From assembly GCA_044892525.1 (NCBI GenBank), contig CM097885.1, positions 41,232,001-41,296,000 of the forward strand: 64,000 nt of DNA, written 5' to 3'. Under the pieces are notes generated by a model that was given only the letters and a program-made list of their open reading frames with translations, was not told the origin of the DNA and did no database searches. Made by a program: the position numbers and the translations under genes. Below, piece after piece: positions 1 through 14,619 of this stretch. The first letter of the stretch is position 1. Every line of letters begins with the position of its first letter. Source of the DNA: Schmidtea polychroa. Taxonomy: Eukaryota.

Positions 1-641
1 CCCTGTCAAAAGGGCCCCAGCCAATAGAACGGCTTAAACACTGAGTAAACAAAAACACACTGTTTCCGGAAGTTTCACGCCCCATCAAAAACTATACACT
101 TATCCCCATTCGCTCTAGAAAACCCTAAATTCTATTTTACACCGCACCGCCACATATTCTCTTCCTGACCAGCATGATATATCTTTTCTTGCTAACGCAT
201 TCTGTGAATTCTTCACTGACAAGATTGATCGAATTCATGCAAGATTTACTATTCCGATCTCCCTTGGTCCATATAAAATTCCAACTACTCCCCCGCCAAA
301 ACCATTCCATAGTACTATATGCACAGTCTAAATCGTTTGTAGCCAGAGAAAGGTAGGCACTTACCAGTTGACGCTTAAAAAGAAATGGATGACGTCATCA
401 AAGCAACGTCACAATGCAATTGGTGTCGTTTTGAAGTCAACATACTTTATGTCACAAATCATAGACACCCTATAAATATGTCACAAATTTCTAACCCCCC
501 CCTCACCCAGATATTAAGACATTATTTACATGTCTATAAATCATACATGCAAGAAATTTGTATTAATAATAGATTGCGTTCAAAAATAATAACAATAATA
601 ATAATAATAATAATAATATTAATAATCATAAAAATAATAAT

Positions 642-683
<42 letters not shown>

Positions 684-687
<4 letters not shown>

Positions 688-1106
688 CAATAAAATGATA
701 ATTTAAGCCTTTTGCAGCCATCCTCAATTTCAAAACAGCTCTTTGTCGCATTGCGTACCAGATCAAATGGAACAATACAATACTGCATGAAAATGAAAAT
801 AGCGAAAACCAGCTCCCAGTATACATAAACACAGATAAACTCTATCAACCAAATCCTGATGCAGAATTAGATTCAACACTCTCAAAGGTCTGTCACAAAA
901 TCATGGAGTTAGTTGAGAAGGAAAGAAGAAAACCATATCTCTCAAACCTAACGAAAGACGAACAGGCAATATTAAAATCCCTTAAAAAGAAACCGTACGT
1001 TTACTTACCAAGTGACAAGGGGGGAGAATTATATATTTGCAGCAAAAGGCTTAAATTATCATTTTATTGTTTTAAATAATAAATGCTGCTACCAAGCAAT
1101 CATCAT

Positions 1107-1107
<1 letters not shown>
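684..1107 (+). mobile_element. Penelope-like element (PLE) remnant with inverted terminal repeat segments
   Basis: ~940-1027 translates to SNLTKDEQAILKSLKKKPYVYLPSDKGGE, matching the NLT..E...L..L......DKG motif at the N-terminus of PLE RTs. It is flanked by inverted copies of GCAAAAGGCTTAAATTATCATTTTATTGTTTT (684-716 minus, 1041-1072 plus) and by (TAA)n tracts. Confidence 0.7.
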
Positions 1108-1152
<45 letters not shown>

Positions 1153-1539
1153 AAAACTTCTTAAAGCACCGTGTCTAACACTATGTGTCATTCGATGGTA
1201 CTTAAATAACTCTTAATTAATGGATAAGTAATGGTAAGTAAATTCAATTTCCGTACGGAAACGTACAGACGTACGGAAATTGAATTTTTAATTTTTTATA
1301 AATGTGTGTATTTAATAATAATTTAAAAAATCGAATTTTTTTCTGACCTCTTTTACCATATAGGGCCACCATAAATAATGTTGCGTTGGCCACTACAATT
1401 CTTAAGGCGGCCCTGCTGAATTCTCGGTTTCGATCATCACCAGATTCCTTGAGCGGAGCTATGTTGTTATGTTTTTAGCCTTTGGGACGCCCCGATGTCG
1501 TCTTCTCGACGACGAAACTGGCATTAAGCTATAGGCTAC

Positions 1540-1661
<122 letters not shown>

Positions 1662-3092
1662 CGAAACGTCATTATTTTATTATTATTTCTTGCACTACAT
1701 TATTTTAACCTTGCATTAGTAATAATGATCCTGCAAACTCAAGTTGAAATCCAGAAAATCTTTGTTGCACGCATAAATTACTGTATGGGATTTACGTGGT
1801 TAGAAGAAATATTTGTTTGAAAGCAAAATGTAACGGCCTCTAATGTGCGTGAATACTTTTTTACGGAAGGAGAAACAGAGTCAGGATTGCTTACAGGCAT
1901 TTAATAATAGTACGAAATGCCTAATAGTACGTAGTTATAAAGTTGAGTATTATTACCATTCACTAAGATCCAATTCAATTTTCAATCTACGCGGTCCTAT
2001 TAGCGGGGGCCCTTTTGTCGGGGGTCTTTATGTCGAGGGCCGTTTTGTCGGGGCTGTAAATCGGGGCCCTTTTGTCCCGAATCCTTATGAAGGGGTACTA
2101 TATAAGTCGCACACGCGGGTTAAAAAGACTTATTATATAATTGACTGATTTGTATTAGTCGCACTTGTCCTTAAATAAAACAGAGGTAGCGACTTATAAT
2201 CCGAAAATCAGTGCATGAAATATTTAAAATTTAAAATTCTGAGAATAGATCTATTTCAAAGTTTATTAAAGGATGAGACTGGTGTTTATTTAATTTCTAA
2301 TGAAAAAGGAATATTGTGATGAAATCATTTTGGTTTGCTTTGTGCAAATAATTGATGTCTTATTTGTTTGGGAAATGACATAAAAGCAATTCCGTTAATT
2401 ATCCACAAACGAAAAAATAAAAGTTATGTTAAAAAGGGAAATAATATACCCTTTACATACCAAAAATAGCATGAGAAAACCTACATTTGATTTTTAATTG
2501 GATGGATTTTATGTTTACTATGTTCAATGTTTCAAATAGGAAGTATTTTATCTGGGATTCATGTTAGCCACACATATCAAACAAGGTAAAGGATCTTAAA
2601 AGAAAAAAACAAATTCAAGTGGAAGAGACACTTTAACTTGAGTTTCAGTACCTTCTTTTTGTAAAAACACTATGAAAACCAATAAATGCATATATAGATG
2701 TAATAGACGGATAAATATTGCATCACGGATATTTATAGAAAATTATATTCAAATTTAAAATGCACTTAAATAAACAAAAAAATAGTTTAAATTCTACTCT
2801 ATGAGTAATGTTGAAAATAATTAATCAGAATCTTTAAAAAATTGCTTACTAATATAAAAACAAATATACTTCTTTATTGATAGTTCAGAATGAAGTCAAG
2901 CAAATTTCTATTCATTTTCTTCATAAGGTTTCTGTTGTTAATATTTTGAGTTTGCAAGTTTCTGTCGTACACAATTATTGTTTTTAATTCTTCTGTCTCC
3001 AAGGATTATTTAGATTTCCTTTAGACATTTCTTTATCTTATTTTATTTGACAATGAATTTATAAAGTCATAATAAAAAACAAAAGCAACTAA

Positions 3093-3341
<249 letters not shown>

Positions 3342-4618
3342 AACATCTAACAAACCCTTAACAAATATTCATAACTTTTTATGATAATTAATTAAAAAAA
3401 TTATATTATTGCATATTATTGTAAAAATTATTTATATTTAAATCCCTATCATTATTCATTATTTTGATTACAGCTTTTACATTTTCAAAGATTTCACCAG
3501 AACATTGAGGATATGGACGTATTTGGTGATAAGAATCTTTTAACAACTATATAATCAACTCTATCAGGTTGATTAATCACTACTTATCCGGTTTGTTATG
3601 AAAAAACTTTAATGCTCTGAGTTTAGTGGAACTCGACCCTGTACATTATGATAATTTTCTCATTGATAAAAAATTATAAAAATAATTTCGAATTGGATGA
3701 ATCTACAATTAACTTGCTATGGAATATAGTTTCATTTGCAATAATAATTAACAATCCTATGTTTCTTCCACGGTTTTGCTAGAACTGTGAACTTAGGAGA
3801 TATATTTGTTGTGAATATCCGTACAGGCACCAAGTGTACAAGTTAAATCATGTTTAATTGAGATAAAAAATCCTCGAATTTGGAACATTCTTGTACTTGA
3901 TAGTGAAAGATTTTCTTTGAGCTATAACTGCAGTAGGTAATACTCTTTCTGATACTTTCTGGAGTCTTCCTCGTTATCTCTAATTTTCATAAGGATAGCG
4001 ATATTGTAGGCTGACTAATTGATACATATTCTGCTTCAAGTGATTGTTGAATAGCCTGTATCCGATAAATTCCAAATATTTCGAATATGCCATCCAACTC
4101 AATTTTGTGAATCATTCTAAAATAATAATAAATCTAATCAAATGATTCAAATCGCTAACCTTTTAGTCGAACATTTCAGAAGTGTTTTCGATGAATGATC
4201 TTCGGAGATGAATGCTTATCATTGATTCCTGAAGAAACAGAATATGGAAATGGATATGTTATTCATCTTACTTCTGTTAAAGCAATATTCTTGTTAGGTG
4301 CAGGTATTTTTGACAAAATTTAAGGAATCCCCCATATTTCAGTTACACATTCTGAGTGTGGAGTTCATTTTGAGATTCAACTTTAATTCCAATTTCCAAA
4401 TTATTTTTACGTGTAGGTGATTCGGTGGTACCTCACTTTGCTGCCAGTAAATTGGAAAAACAACTCCATGGTATTGGTAATTTCTCAAATTATCAACTTA
4501 CCTCGCCTTATTGATAAAGCTAGCTAGGAATGTTGATTCCTACCAATAGTTATCTTTACAATTTAAAAAATTTAACTAATATGATATTTTAACAATCCAC
4601 CTTGGTAAAAAGGCAATT

Positions 4619-4764
<146 letters not shown>

Positions 4765-5628
4765 AAATGATGATTGCTTGGTAGCAGCATTTATTGTTTT
4801 ATTATTATTATTATTATTATTAAATTTTTTAGTCTAGAATTAAGTATAAATTTTTAATTTATTAATAAAATTTATTTAAAATTTCGTTCAATTCAAATAT
4901 AAAATTATTTATTTAAAGTCAATTATTTCTCTTGCAAGCTAAAGAATTCCGATCATCCATTACAGTACCTAACAGGACTGCAATTTGAGAAAGTTTCAAT
5001 TTAATAATTAATTCAAGGTAAGTCCTTCAACTATTGGCGACAAGATATAATGTAAATCCACAGATGTGACATTTGTGGATAACTGGAATTCATTATTATT
5101 CTTGAAAATTTTTTTTGTTCATTTAATTTATGCATATATATATATATATATGGATGCATATATATTTATAGATAGATAGATTTTCAAAGATTTCGCCTGA
5201 ACTTTGAGGGTATGGACGTATGTATCTATAATTTTTTAATATTGTTTTAATTGTTTTAAATAATTATACATACATAACGCTTCATGAGTTTATCATTTTA
5301 GAGTTCTATCCGTATTTAAATGACTTCATTATTTCTCTATGGAATCACGTTTCTCACGATTTATATTTACTCATAAATCTGTGATGAGATTTATCGAATG
5401 ATCAATCTGGAAAAGCAACTGTGATTATCAGTCTAATGAGGAAATATTTCTAATAAAATTTATGATGGATTGTTTTTAGCAGATTTAAAGTGTTTCGAAG
5501 CTGAATATCTTAATTTATTTGATCTGTGTGGATCAGAAGTGAAGAGTATTGATTACTAACTATTAGTCCATGTAAAATTTGTAGAGTATTTTTTTTACAA
5601 ATAATAATAATTAAAATAGTAATAAGAA

Positions 5629-5749
<121 letters not shown>

Positions 5750-5750
5750 G

Positions 5751-5898
<148 letters not shown>

Positions 5899-5903
5899 CA
5901 TTA

Positions 5904-5988
<85 letters not shown>

Positions 5989-7179
5989 CATAACTTATGT
6001 TGCAAAGTATATATTTATTAAAATGAAATAAATTTCGATTATAAAAATAATCCTTATCAATTTCAATTTTATATATTTTTAAGAACTAGCTTTAATAGCT
6101 TTAGAAATTTTAAAACTTAATGAAATCGCCAGTCTGATTTCTTGTTGTTTTTTCATCATGAGAAATGTTTTTAAATATTTTTATTAAATCTTGAAATATA
6201 AATAATTATGTCAAATTTTAAATAATAATTAACAAATTTATGAATCATTAAAAATCAAAATCAAAACATAATTATGTTTAAAATTTTTAAAAATTTGAAA
6301 ATTTTATATAGTTTTATTTTGAATTTTTCAGTATATTTAATTGATACTTAAACAGTACCTAAATTGGCACTGAGATGTAGATTTAGCCATGTAAAACAAG
6401 TAATAAAAATAATTTTGACGCTTTAATAGTAATTCTGAGAACCATCTTACTGAAGGCCAGTCTCTTGTGAAACATAGTATTATGTATTACTTATGACATA
6501 ACAACTCTATTTTATTTTTTCTTGATATTTTGTAATTGGTAACATTTAGTTGTGAAGTTTTTCCTTCAACCTTCTTGTGCATCTTGCATTTTGTTCCGAC
6601 GCATTCTATCACTTTTCATTCTTTATGCTAAATTGTTAAAATTTTGAAAGTACTAGTTCGAGAAATATTTATCATGTGAGGAATATTTGGTTACATGTAT
6701 TATAATTATATCATGTATTATAATTATTAATGTTTATTACATGCCTAATGCCATCATGTTTTGTTTTTCTTTTTATGGGGTGGGGGGGGGGGGGCGTTGT
6801 GAAGGAAAATCTCACACGAGCCAAGTTAGTCCTATATTTAATTAGTTCACCCTCATCGTTGGGTCCACAACCCTCGATGATCGTATGCCCACAGCCTAGC
6901 ACACATATTTCAGTAAAGTGAATTGGGGTCGTCGGAGATCGTACTTACTTCGTGGTATAAGCCACAGAGTTCATCGATAAATGTCCTCTTGGAGTGGCGG
7001 GATCTAAGAGCTCAATGTAATAATAATTAATTTAATCAACGTAACATTACCCTTTCTGTAGCGTTGACCACCATAACACTGGGTCTTATTGTAGTCCAGT
7101 GCGGCCACAAAAAATAGGTAAATTTTAATTAAATGGACTATTTCTCACAATATAATAACATACTTAAACTTACACCCAA

Positions 7180-7850
7180 AGTCATACATTCGTGTTTGAA
7201 AAACTGATTTTAAGATTTGGATGCCCAAAGGAGATAAAAATTGATTGTAGGAAGGCGTTTGAATCATGAATGATGAGAGAACTGACAAAAAAACTTGATA
7301 TTAAGTTATGTTTTTCGAGTACATAACATCACCAAACAAATGGACAGATAGAAAAGTCATTCAGGACAATACGAGAGCTGATAAAAGCTACTTTACGAGA
7401 CAGAAAGAAGATGGATTGGGCAGAGATACTACCAAAAGTCGAATTTACATTAAATGCAACTAAACAAAAAAACAACAGGAAAAAGCCCAGCAGAGATAGT
7501 TTTTGGAAAAAAGATTAGCAGGGAAAAATGGTACGGGTCAAAAGAAAAACAGGTAAAGGAAGAAAAAGAAGAACAAACAAGGAAGAAATTCAACGTAGAA
7601 GAAGATGTGTTAGTAAAATTAGAAACACGCAACAAAAGCCAGAACAGATATGAGGGACCATATAAAGTTATCGAAAAAGTGCATGACAGACGATATATCT
7701 TAAGAAACGAGAATGGTAAAAAGATTGAAAGAAACGTTGAAAAACTTAAAAAATTTCTAAAGGAGGAGGATATGAGGAAGTTGAAAAATTCTTAAAGATT
7801 TAATTAGAAATTTTGTTAAATTTATTAAATTTATTAAATTTATATTTACA
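7180..7850 (+). mobile_element. Ty3/Gypsy retrotransposon 3' remnant (integrase, PPT, start of 3' LTR)
   Basis: Degenerate integrase (HQTNGQIEKSFRTIRELI; TTGKSPAEIVFG; YEGPYKVIEK), then polypurine tract AAAGGAGGAGGA (7759-7770) and an LTR-like start. The protein resembles the integrase end at 47900-48390. Confidence 0.8.
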
Positions 7851-7982
7851 TTTACATTAGGATATATATATTATTATTAGAACTTTTTTCAATTTCCACC
7901 TCTGATTTCTTTTCGATTGATATTGTATTTATTAAAAAAAATTTACTATGAATTAGTAGAGATATCGATGTCATTTTTTGAT

Positions 7983-8018
7983 ATTCACGAATTTTCGGCA
8001 CAGCCATTTTCAAGTGAT
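7983..8018 (-). ncRNA. Candidate minimal hammerhead ribozyme, U3:A8 variant
   Basis: Minus strand reads ATCAC-TTGAAAA-T-GGC-TGT-GCC-GAA-AATT-C-GTGAAT: stem I TCAC/GTGA, core UUGAAAA, stem II GGC/GCC, GAAA, and palindromic stem III AATT. Confidence 0.6.
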
Positions 8019-8029
8019 TTTGATTTAGA

Positions 8030-9350
8030 TGGAGTTAGTCTTGCAATTGGTTCACCTTTTTTTCCTGTAACTTCTTTGATTGGTTTGTGTAGATCCAAAT
8101 AATCTAATCCTATCAACACATCAACTTGTGCCTGGGGACAGATGTAATCTTTTTTAAATGATCCTATCGTGTTATTACTATTCTCCAGTTTATCGCTTTT
8201 AAACTTTGAGGAATTTTTTCCACTTCTATCGCATTTAATCTTTCACAAACTTCCTGATTGACACTCCATAAGTTTAATTTTACATTCCTTGTTTTTAAAT
8301 TTTCCTGGTTACCACCAATTACTTGAACAGACGTAGTGTTGTCATTTCTCATTACCCTCAATGTTTCACATACATCATTACAGATATAACTGGCGTTACA
8401 AGCATCAAGTGATACTTTTACTTTAACAAATCTGCCCTTACTTTCCGATAAAACAGGAATTGTCTTTAAACTAAAGAAACTTTCCCGATCTTCCACAGTA
8501 TTTGGCTCTAATTCGTGTCATCATAACTGTTATTGCCGGTGAATCTTTATCAGTTTCTTGAATGTTATTACTTATGAAATTCTCTTCATTATCATCGTAT
8601 AATAATAAGTGATGTTTTCTTTTACATCCTTCCTTTTTACAAAATTCATTATTAGGACAATTCTTGGATTTAAAACAGTTCAGGTAGAGAGTCTCATTCT
8701 GAATTGGTCTGAATCATTCAGTGTCATTCAGGACATTCTCCAAAACCCGTTTTATTCCTCCCTATCTCTCAACAAGCCTGTGTTTTACCGCATCATAACT
8801 TGTTTCCGAAAATCTCAAGTTTTCATTTAAGTTAACATCTTCCCCTGATAAATACTGCCGCAAATGCAATATCTTGTCAACCATCGAACTTTCTGTTTGA
8901 TTCACACAAGCATTTAAGGCTGCTAATCATGCGTCATACTCAGGTGGCGTCCAGCAATTATCGGCAACTCAATTCGTTTTAAGTTGTCTAGTTTTGGCCT
9001 AGTTGCCTTCCACACACTTTCAAATCTTAATTTCGATTTTGAAATTTCTGCCAGTTCAACTCGTTCTCATACATCCTCATCATTTGGTCCGAGAAGTCCC
9101 AACACTAATTGCAAGGTAGAATTTTTACTGAATTCCCCAAAGTTCTATTGTCTTTCAGTTGTTTTCCGGTGAATATCAGTCGTTGTTTAACTATAGGTAT
9201 TCCTTCTTTCTCTTGCAGTCTTTCTATAATTTTCTCTGCCATACACTTTTCTATTTCAAGCGTTATTGTCTTACCGGATAAGACCCGTATGAATATTTGA
9301 ATGATATATGAATTCTGCTGTGTTTCATTTCTTGATACGTTAGCGCAAAC
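8030..9350 (-). pseudogene. BEL/Pao LTR retrotransposon gag-protease remnant
   Basis: ORF 8164-8496 (LKTIPV...VKVSLDA..SYI...VQVIGG) and downstream VDVLIGLDYLDLH...GEPIARLTP resemble the Pao-type aspartic protease region. Contains stops and frameshifts; the upstream boundary is approximate. Confidence 0.65.
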
Positions 9351-10076
9351 CCAGTGTGAAAAATTTGAATTTTTAATTTTATAATTTGGTTTTTTTAATT
9401 TATTAAATTAACTTTATTTAACACATGAAATTGAAAATTAAAAAGATATACATTTTTTGTCATTGACTTTCATTAAAATAGATTTGGCATTTTCTGGCAT
9501 TGACTGACGAAATTCCCATCTTTTTGAATGCAAATCTATCATCATATGAGATTAGATTAACAGCCATTCCTATTCGACCTGATTAACCAATCAAATCATT
9601 GGCAAATGAATCCGTACGAACCAAATATCTACTATTTCCATTCCTAAATTCATGAAATATTTTATTTCTATAAACTTGATTGACTAGAGTGAATATAATA
9701 ACATGAGTAACCGAAATTCATAATTTCTTTTGCTGTTGAGCAATATTTCAGAAAATGATAGATGGATTAATTTGCAGACAAGAAAAGGGGGTCTTTAAAT
9801 AATGGACTTTTTGACATTCTTGAACAAATGCATAATATTTTAAAATACCTTTTAGTGTTAACTCATCCATTCAATTAATTCCATAAGGATTTCGTATATG
9901 TTTTTATAAAAATTGTTGAACAGATTGTGGAAATGTTGAAGAATACAATATTATTTGAAGCTGAGCAGGTAGTTTACTGATAATATATTCGATTAGTTCT
10001 TCAAAATCTGCTGATAGTAATTTTAGAGCTTCATCTATTACTACTATTTACTATTATGTAATACTGTTTATTAAAT

Positions 10077-10654
10077 CAATGGCGGAACTTCAAAATTTGG
10101 CCCCCCACGCAATGTAAAATATTTCCACTTAAATTTTTCGGTTAAAGTTTAATACATAGTTATTCACAGCAGCTGCTATTCAATGATAGTTTTATGTTTG
10201 TAGGCAAATATAACTGCGGGAAAAAAGTTTCAGAAAATGATTGTAAATATTTTTTTAGTAATAATTTGGGCCCCTTATAGCTGGTGGGCCCCCGCAACGC
10301 AGGGTCCTGCGTCCAACGTTCCCTCTAAGCTGCGCGCGTGCGCGCGCGCGCAGCAAAATTATTTTCAGCGCAGTATATTTGATTCAACCGTTTCATGGCA
10401 GTTGTTCCTAGTAAAAAGCACACGGAAATTGTCGATGTAAATGGACCACCAGCAGCGAAGACCGGTTATCTACTTAGTTTTCAACATAGTCGCTACAGTT
10501 ATAGAATACAGTGTCGTTTTAAAACTCTTACAACCACGTTATAGCATTTTGACGCTCATTTGTATTTAAAGGCTGCTCAGCGCAGCTGACTTTGCGCGCA
10601 CTGCTGCTTATGGCTTAGAGGGAACATTGCCTGCGTCCACTAGTTACGCCACTG
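10077..10654. mobile_element. hAT-type MITE (outer)
   Basis: Imperfect TIRs CAATGGCGGAACT / AGTTACGCCACTG; 8-bp TSD TATTAAAT / TATTCAAT (7 of 8 match). Confidence 0.75.
10314..10629. mobile_element. hAT-type MITE nested inside the previous MITE
   Basis: TIRs CAACGTTCCCTCTAAG / CTTAGAGGGAACATTG; perfect 8-bp TSD CCTGCGTC (10306-10313 and 10630-10637). Confidence 0.9.
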
Positions 10655-11487
10655 TATTCAATTATTAATCCGACTAGGAGAGGCTAAAATTATATGAACA
10701 GTTTGTTGGAGTCTAACAATATCATTCTTTAAACTTGTCCTACCTGAGATGCCAATTATATTCATTTCTTTATAATTAGATTTCAATTTAAAATAATTTA
10801 TTAAAAACAAATTTCAATTCTTTTTTATTTTCACAACTACAATTTTTAATTTAATATTACAAAATACAATATTATATTTAATTTTAAATTTCCCTTCGTT
10901 TTTAAACAAAATATTTAATGATTATTAATGTTATTTAAATTTAAGTTTATTATTAAAATCTTTTATTACATTTTGCTCATATAATTTTCCATATATTTTT
11001 ATAGAATACTTGAAATTCAACAAATATATTAATTTCAAAGTATTAAAACAAATATTTTACGTTTATAAATAAAATCTTTTAACTTCTACGGAATTTATTT
11101 TTTATCAATTTTTTCTCTCTTATTTTCTTTATTAAACTTAATATTTTTTCAAATATTTGACACGAATTTTCAGCTTTCCAATTTCAAATGTGTCTGTTAA
11201 ATATATGAAATATTTATTGATAGTCTTAAAAGGAAATGTAAGTAAGGGAAAATTTTAATTTATTGTAATTAAATTTCCGTAATATTTTTGAGCATTAATA
11301 TTAAAACACAATTAAATAACAAAAGCAATGAAATGAAATGATATAATTTTTTAAAACAAACAATTAAATTTAAATGTGCGAATTATTAAGCGATCTAAAA
11401 TATTATTGTAATAGCATAAATGACAGTTTTAATTTATAATATTTTAACTAAAATATTTACCTATACAGTAAAAATACAAAGATTACG

Positions 11488-11599
<112 letters not shown>

Positions 11600-13039
11600 T
11601 CTATTTTCTCATTCATATTTTTAACTACATATATTTTAAAGTTGCGTTTAATGTCGAAGATCTTGTTTGAGGTTTCTTTTAAGGTTTAATTATCATATTT
11701 TATTAATAACTGACGCTATTTTAATAAGATGATTTAATTTATATTATTATAGGTTTCAATGAATGTCACTTTGTCCTTATTATCTATGTGCTGGTTTATA
11801 ATTTATTTATAATTAAAATTTTGCCACAATGTAAAACTATTTAAAGAATTACTAAAAATATAATAAAGAAAAATATAATAAATAAAAAGAAAAATAATAT
11901 TAAGCATTCTTTTGATTTTCTTTGTTTTAATGCTATTAAAACTAGTGACAATATTAATAAATTTATTGTCAATGTAGTTTGGGAATTCTACTTATAAATC
12001 TCTAAATCATGAAATTAAGGCTGTTATTATACTTTGATTATAAAGTTTTTTTATGAAGATTTTTATAAATCTTGTAAATTATATGTCTAGATTGTTCATT
12101 TTGATGTCTCACTAAATGTTCAATGGAAATATTATTTTCAAACATTACATAATATTTCTAACCTCTTGGGAATTAATCAAAAAAAATATGGGATTATTTT
12201 ATATTAATACTAAAATTAATTCTTTTTATTTTTAAATTATGTTACTTGAATTTTTATAAGTGAATTTTATCAATGTATAAAAATGAGGTAAAACTACATT
12301 AGTAAAACAAGTAAACAGTCATTTGAATCTACACAAAGTGCGCCCATGTAAATAATTGTTGTAATTTAATTTTAATTTCAATATTTTATTTTAATAGACT
12401 TTCGTTGACTTAGATTTTATAGAATTTATTTATCTATAAAAATTATAGATTTAAGAGACATTATAAATAAAATAAAATTTAATTGAAGTTTTTGGTATTT
12501 TTATGACTATTTTTTGAATTAGTACTTTGATTTTTAATTTTTCAGTATAACTTTTATTAATTTCAATTTTGGAGATATAAACAAAATCTTTGATTAACTT
12601 ACCAATTCAAATCAAATGTTTTTCAAACGACTCTTGCATGAATTTATGACATTTTTTTAATAATTTTAAAAATAAAATTAAAATCCCTTATTAATTGTTA
12701 ATTTCTTTTTATAATTACTTCTTATTATATTTCTTATTATTGTGTTTCCTATTACCATTAAAAAAATATATAAATGAATAAAAAATATATTTGCTTCATT
12801 GAATGTTCGGTGTAATCTATCTGTAAGAATTAAGTTAAATTAAGCATTTAATTAATTTATTTAATAAATTCTATATTAATTAATTTAGTATTTAATAAAT
12901 ATTTTATTTAAATTATTATAGTGGATAATATATTAACTATTTAAATGTAACTATAATTATGATAAAGGCATATAATTTAAAATAATAGAATGTTTATAGA
13001 ATGAAGTGATTCGTGTTTTCTTGTCCATGATATTGTTAA

Positions 13040-13205
13040 CACATTGTATGCGGGACACGTACTAGTACGTTTGTACGTTTGACGTTTGTACGGGTAGTAT
13101 AATACTATAGTACTATTTATTGAGATTTTACTGAAAAACTAAATTTGCGCAAAAAAAACCCGCTACAGCACAACTCCATCAAAAAATGTACCCGCATACA
13201 ATGTG
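13040..13205. mobile_element. piggyBac-type MITE
   Basis: TIR CACATTGTATGCGGG / CCCGCATACAATGTG flanked on both sides by TTAA. Confidence 0.85.
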
Positions 13206-14619
13206 TTAACATAAAATAATCATTTTGTTTTAATATTGTTGATAATAATAATTTTTGAATTTTAGAAAGCTTTTAAATTAATGGATATCATCAATACTAG
13301 GGCCACGTAGCTTAAATTATTTATTAATATTTTATTATATTATATCAAATAGAATCCATTACTTACTACATCGAAATGATTTCATTCTAAATTATTACAA
13401 ATTAATATAATTTTAACAGTTGTAATTTTTTAGCTTTGTATACCTATTTTCATTTCTTTTCAAATTATAGATTAACATTTTCATTTAATCTTTATTACAA
13501 TTTTTGAAAACAGAAAACTTATTTAATGAGCATATTTCGTAACGTGTTTGTGTTTTAAGTTGATATTTTCTAAGCAATTCGACAATAAAATTCTATAATT
13601 TACTCATTTTAATCACCATTATTAATATTTTTTGAATTACAGATTTTTCATTCTGTCTTATTTATTCTTCTAATTATATTCTATATTCTAATCTATATTC
13701 TTTCTTCATTATTCCATTTTGTTTTTAGTTATAGATCAAATGTTCTTAGAATGTGACAGATCACTGTAAAACACATGTTGCAAAAAGGGTATATTGGGAA
13801 TTTTCATCTATTCAGGTTGCTTAATAGCTATCAGTGTATTTTAAAGTTAAATTTTCAACTAAAATTAATAATTTCGACGAAGGAAAACAAATTGTGATTT
13901 GTGATCAACAACCGAATTCGTGGCTTGGAACTTCCAACTTGGAAGTTTCATCAATTCTTTCAAAATAAATGCAATATTATGTTTTATAAGAACTTCTTTT
14001 CAATTGACATTGTATTTATTAAAACAATCTGACTATGAATCAGTAAAGATATCAAAAAAACATCGATATATTTACTGATTCATAGTCAGTGTGAGGTGTT
14101 TTCAGCTGAGAATTAAATATTTCAATGATTTATTAAAATAATTTTAAAAGATAATTAATGGACTATTAAAATAACTTTTAAAATAATTTTAAATTGAATT
14201 TTTTGAATTGAAAAATTGAAAAATTAAACAAGCTTTTTAAAAGAAGTTTTTTTAGTAATTAATATGCGTCTGGAAGAAAGAAAAGTAAGATATCAGATTT
14301 TGCCTTGATTTCACGCAATTAAACCTAGTAACAGAGTGACAGGCGTTCCTTATGCCGAATAAGCAGAGAAATAAATAAATGTTAGATAAATTGGGTGGAG
14401 CAAAGTAATTCAGTTCGATAGATTTTGGAAATGCATATTATCAAGTAGAACTAGAAGACAAATCAAAGTTAAAAACGGCGTTTTCAACCAAATCAGGACA
14501 ATACTAGTAGGTAGATAGTAGCCCACCGCAGCAAACCCCCCCCTCCCCCCCCTGCTGCAACTTTTTTTTTGCTGCAACTCACATTTTTTGCTGCAACTTT
14601 TGATTACGCAATTTTTCAG

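Larger units (their letters stand above)
9490..10768 (-). pseudogene. DDX6: DEAD-box RNA helicase DDX6/Dhh1/Me31B pseudogene, interrupted by a MITE
   Basis: Manual translation gives [76 protein letters not shown]...[25 protein letters not shown] and GRIGMAVNLISYDDRF, collinear with DDX6. Multiple stops and frameshifts. Confidence 0.85.

Noticed and set aside
1..520. Possible DNA transposon end or coding fragment
   Set aside because: No recognisable protein motif or partner TIR within the window.
1420..1525. Hammerhead-like fragments (CCGATGTCGTC...GACGACGAAAC); similar at 61217-61245
   Set aside because: Core nucleotides are missing or mutated and there is no convincing stem I or III.
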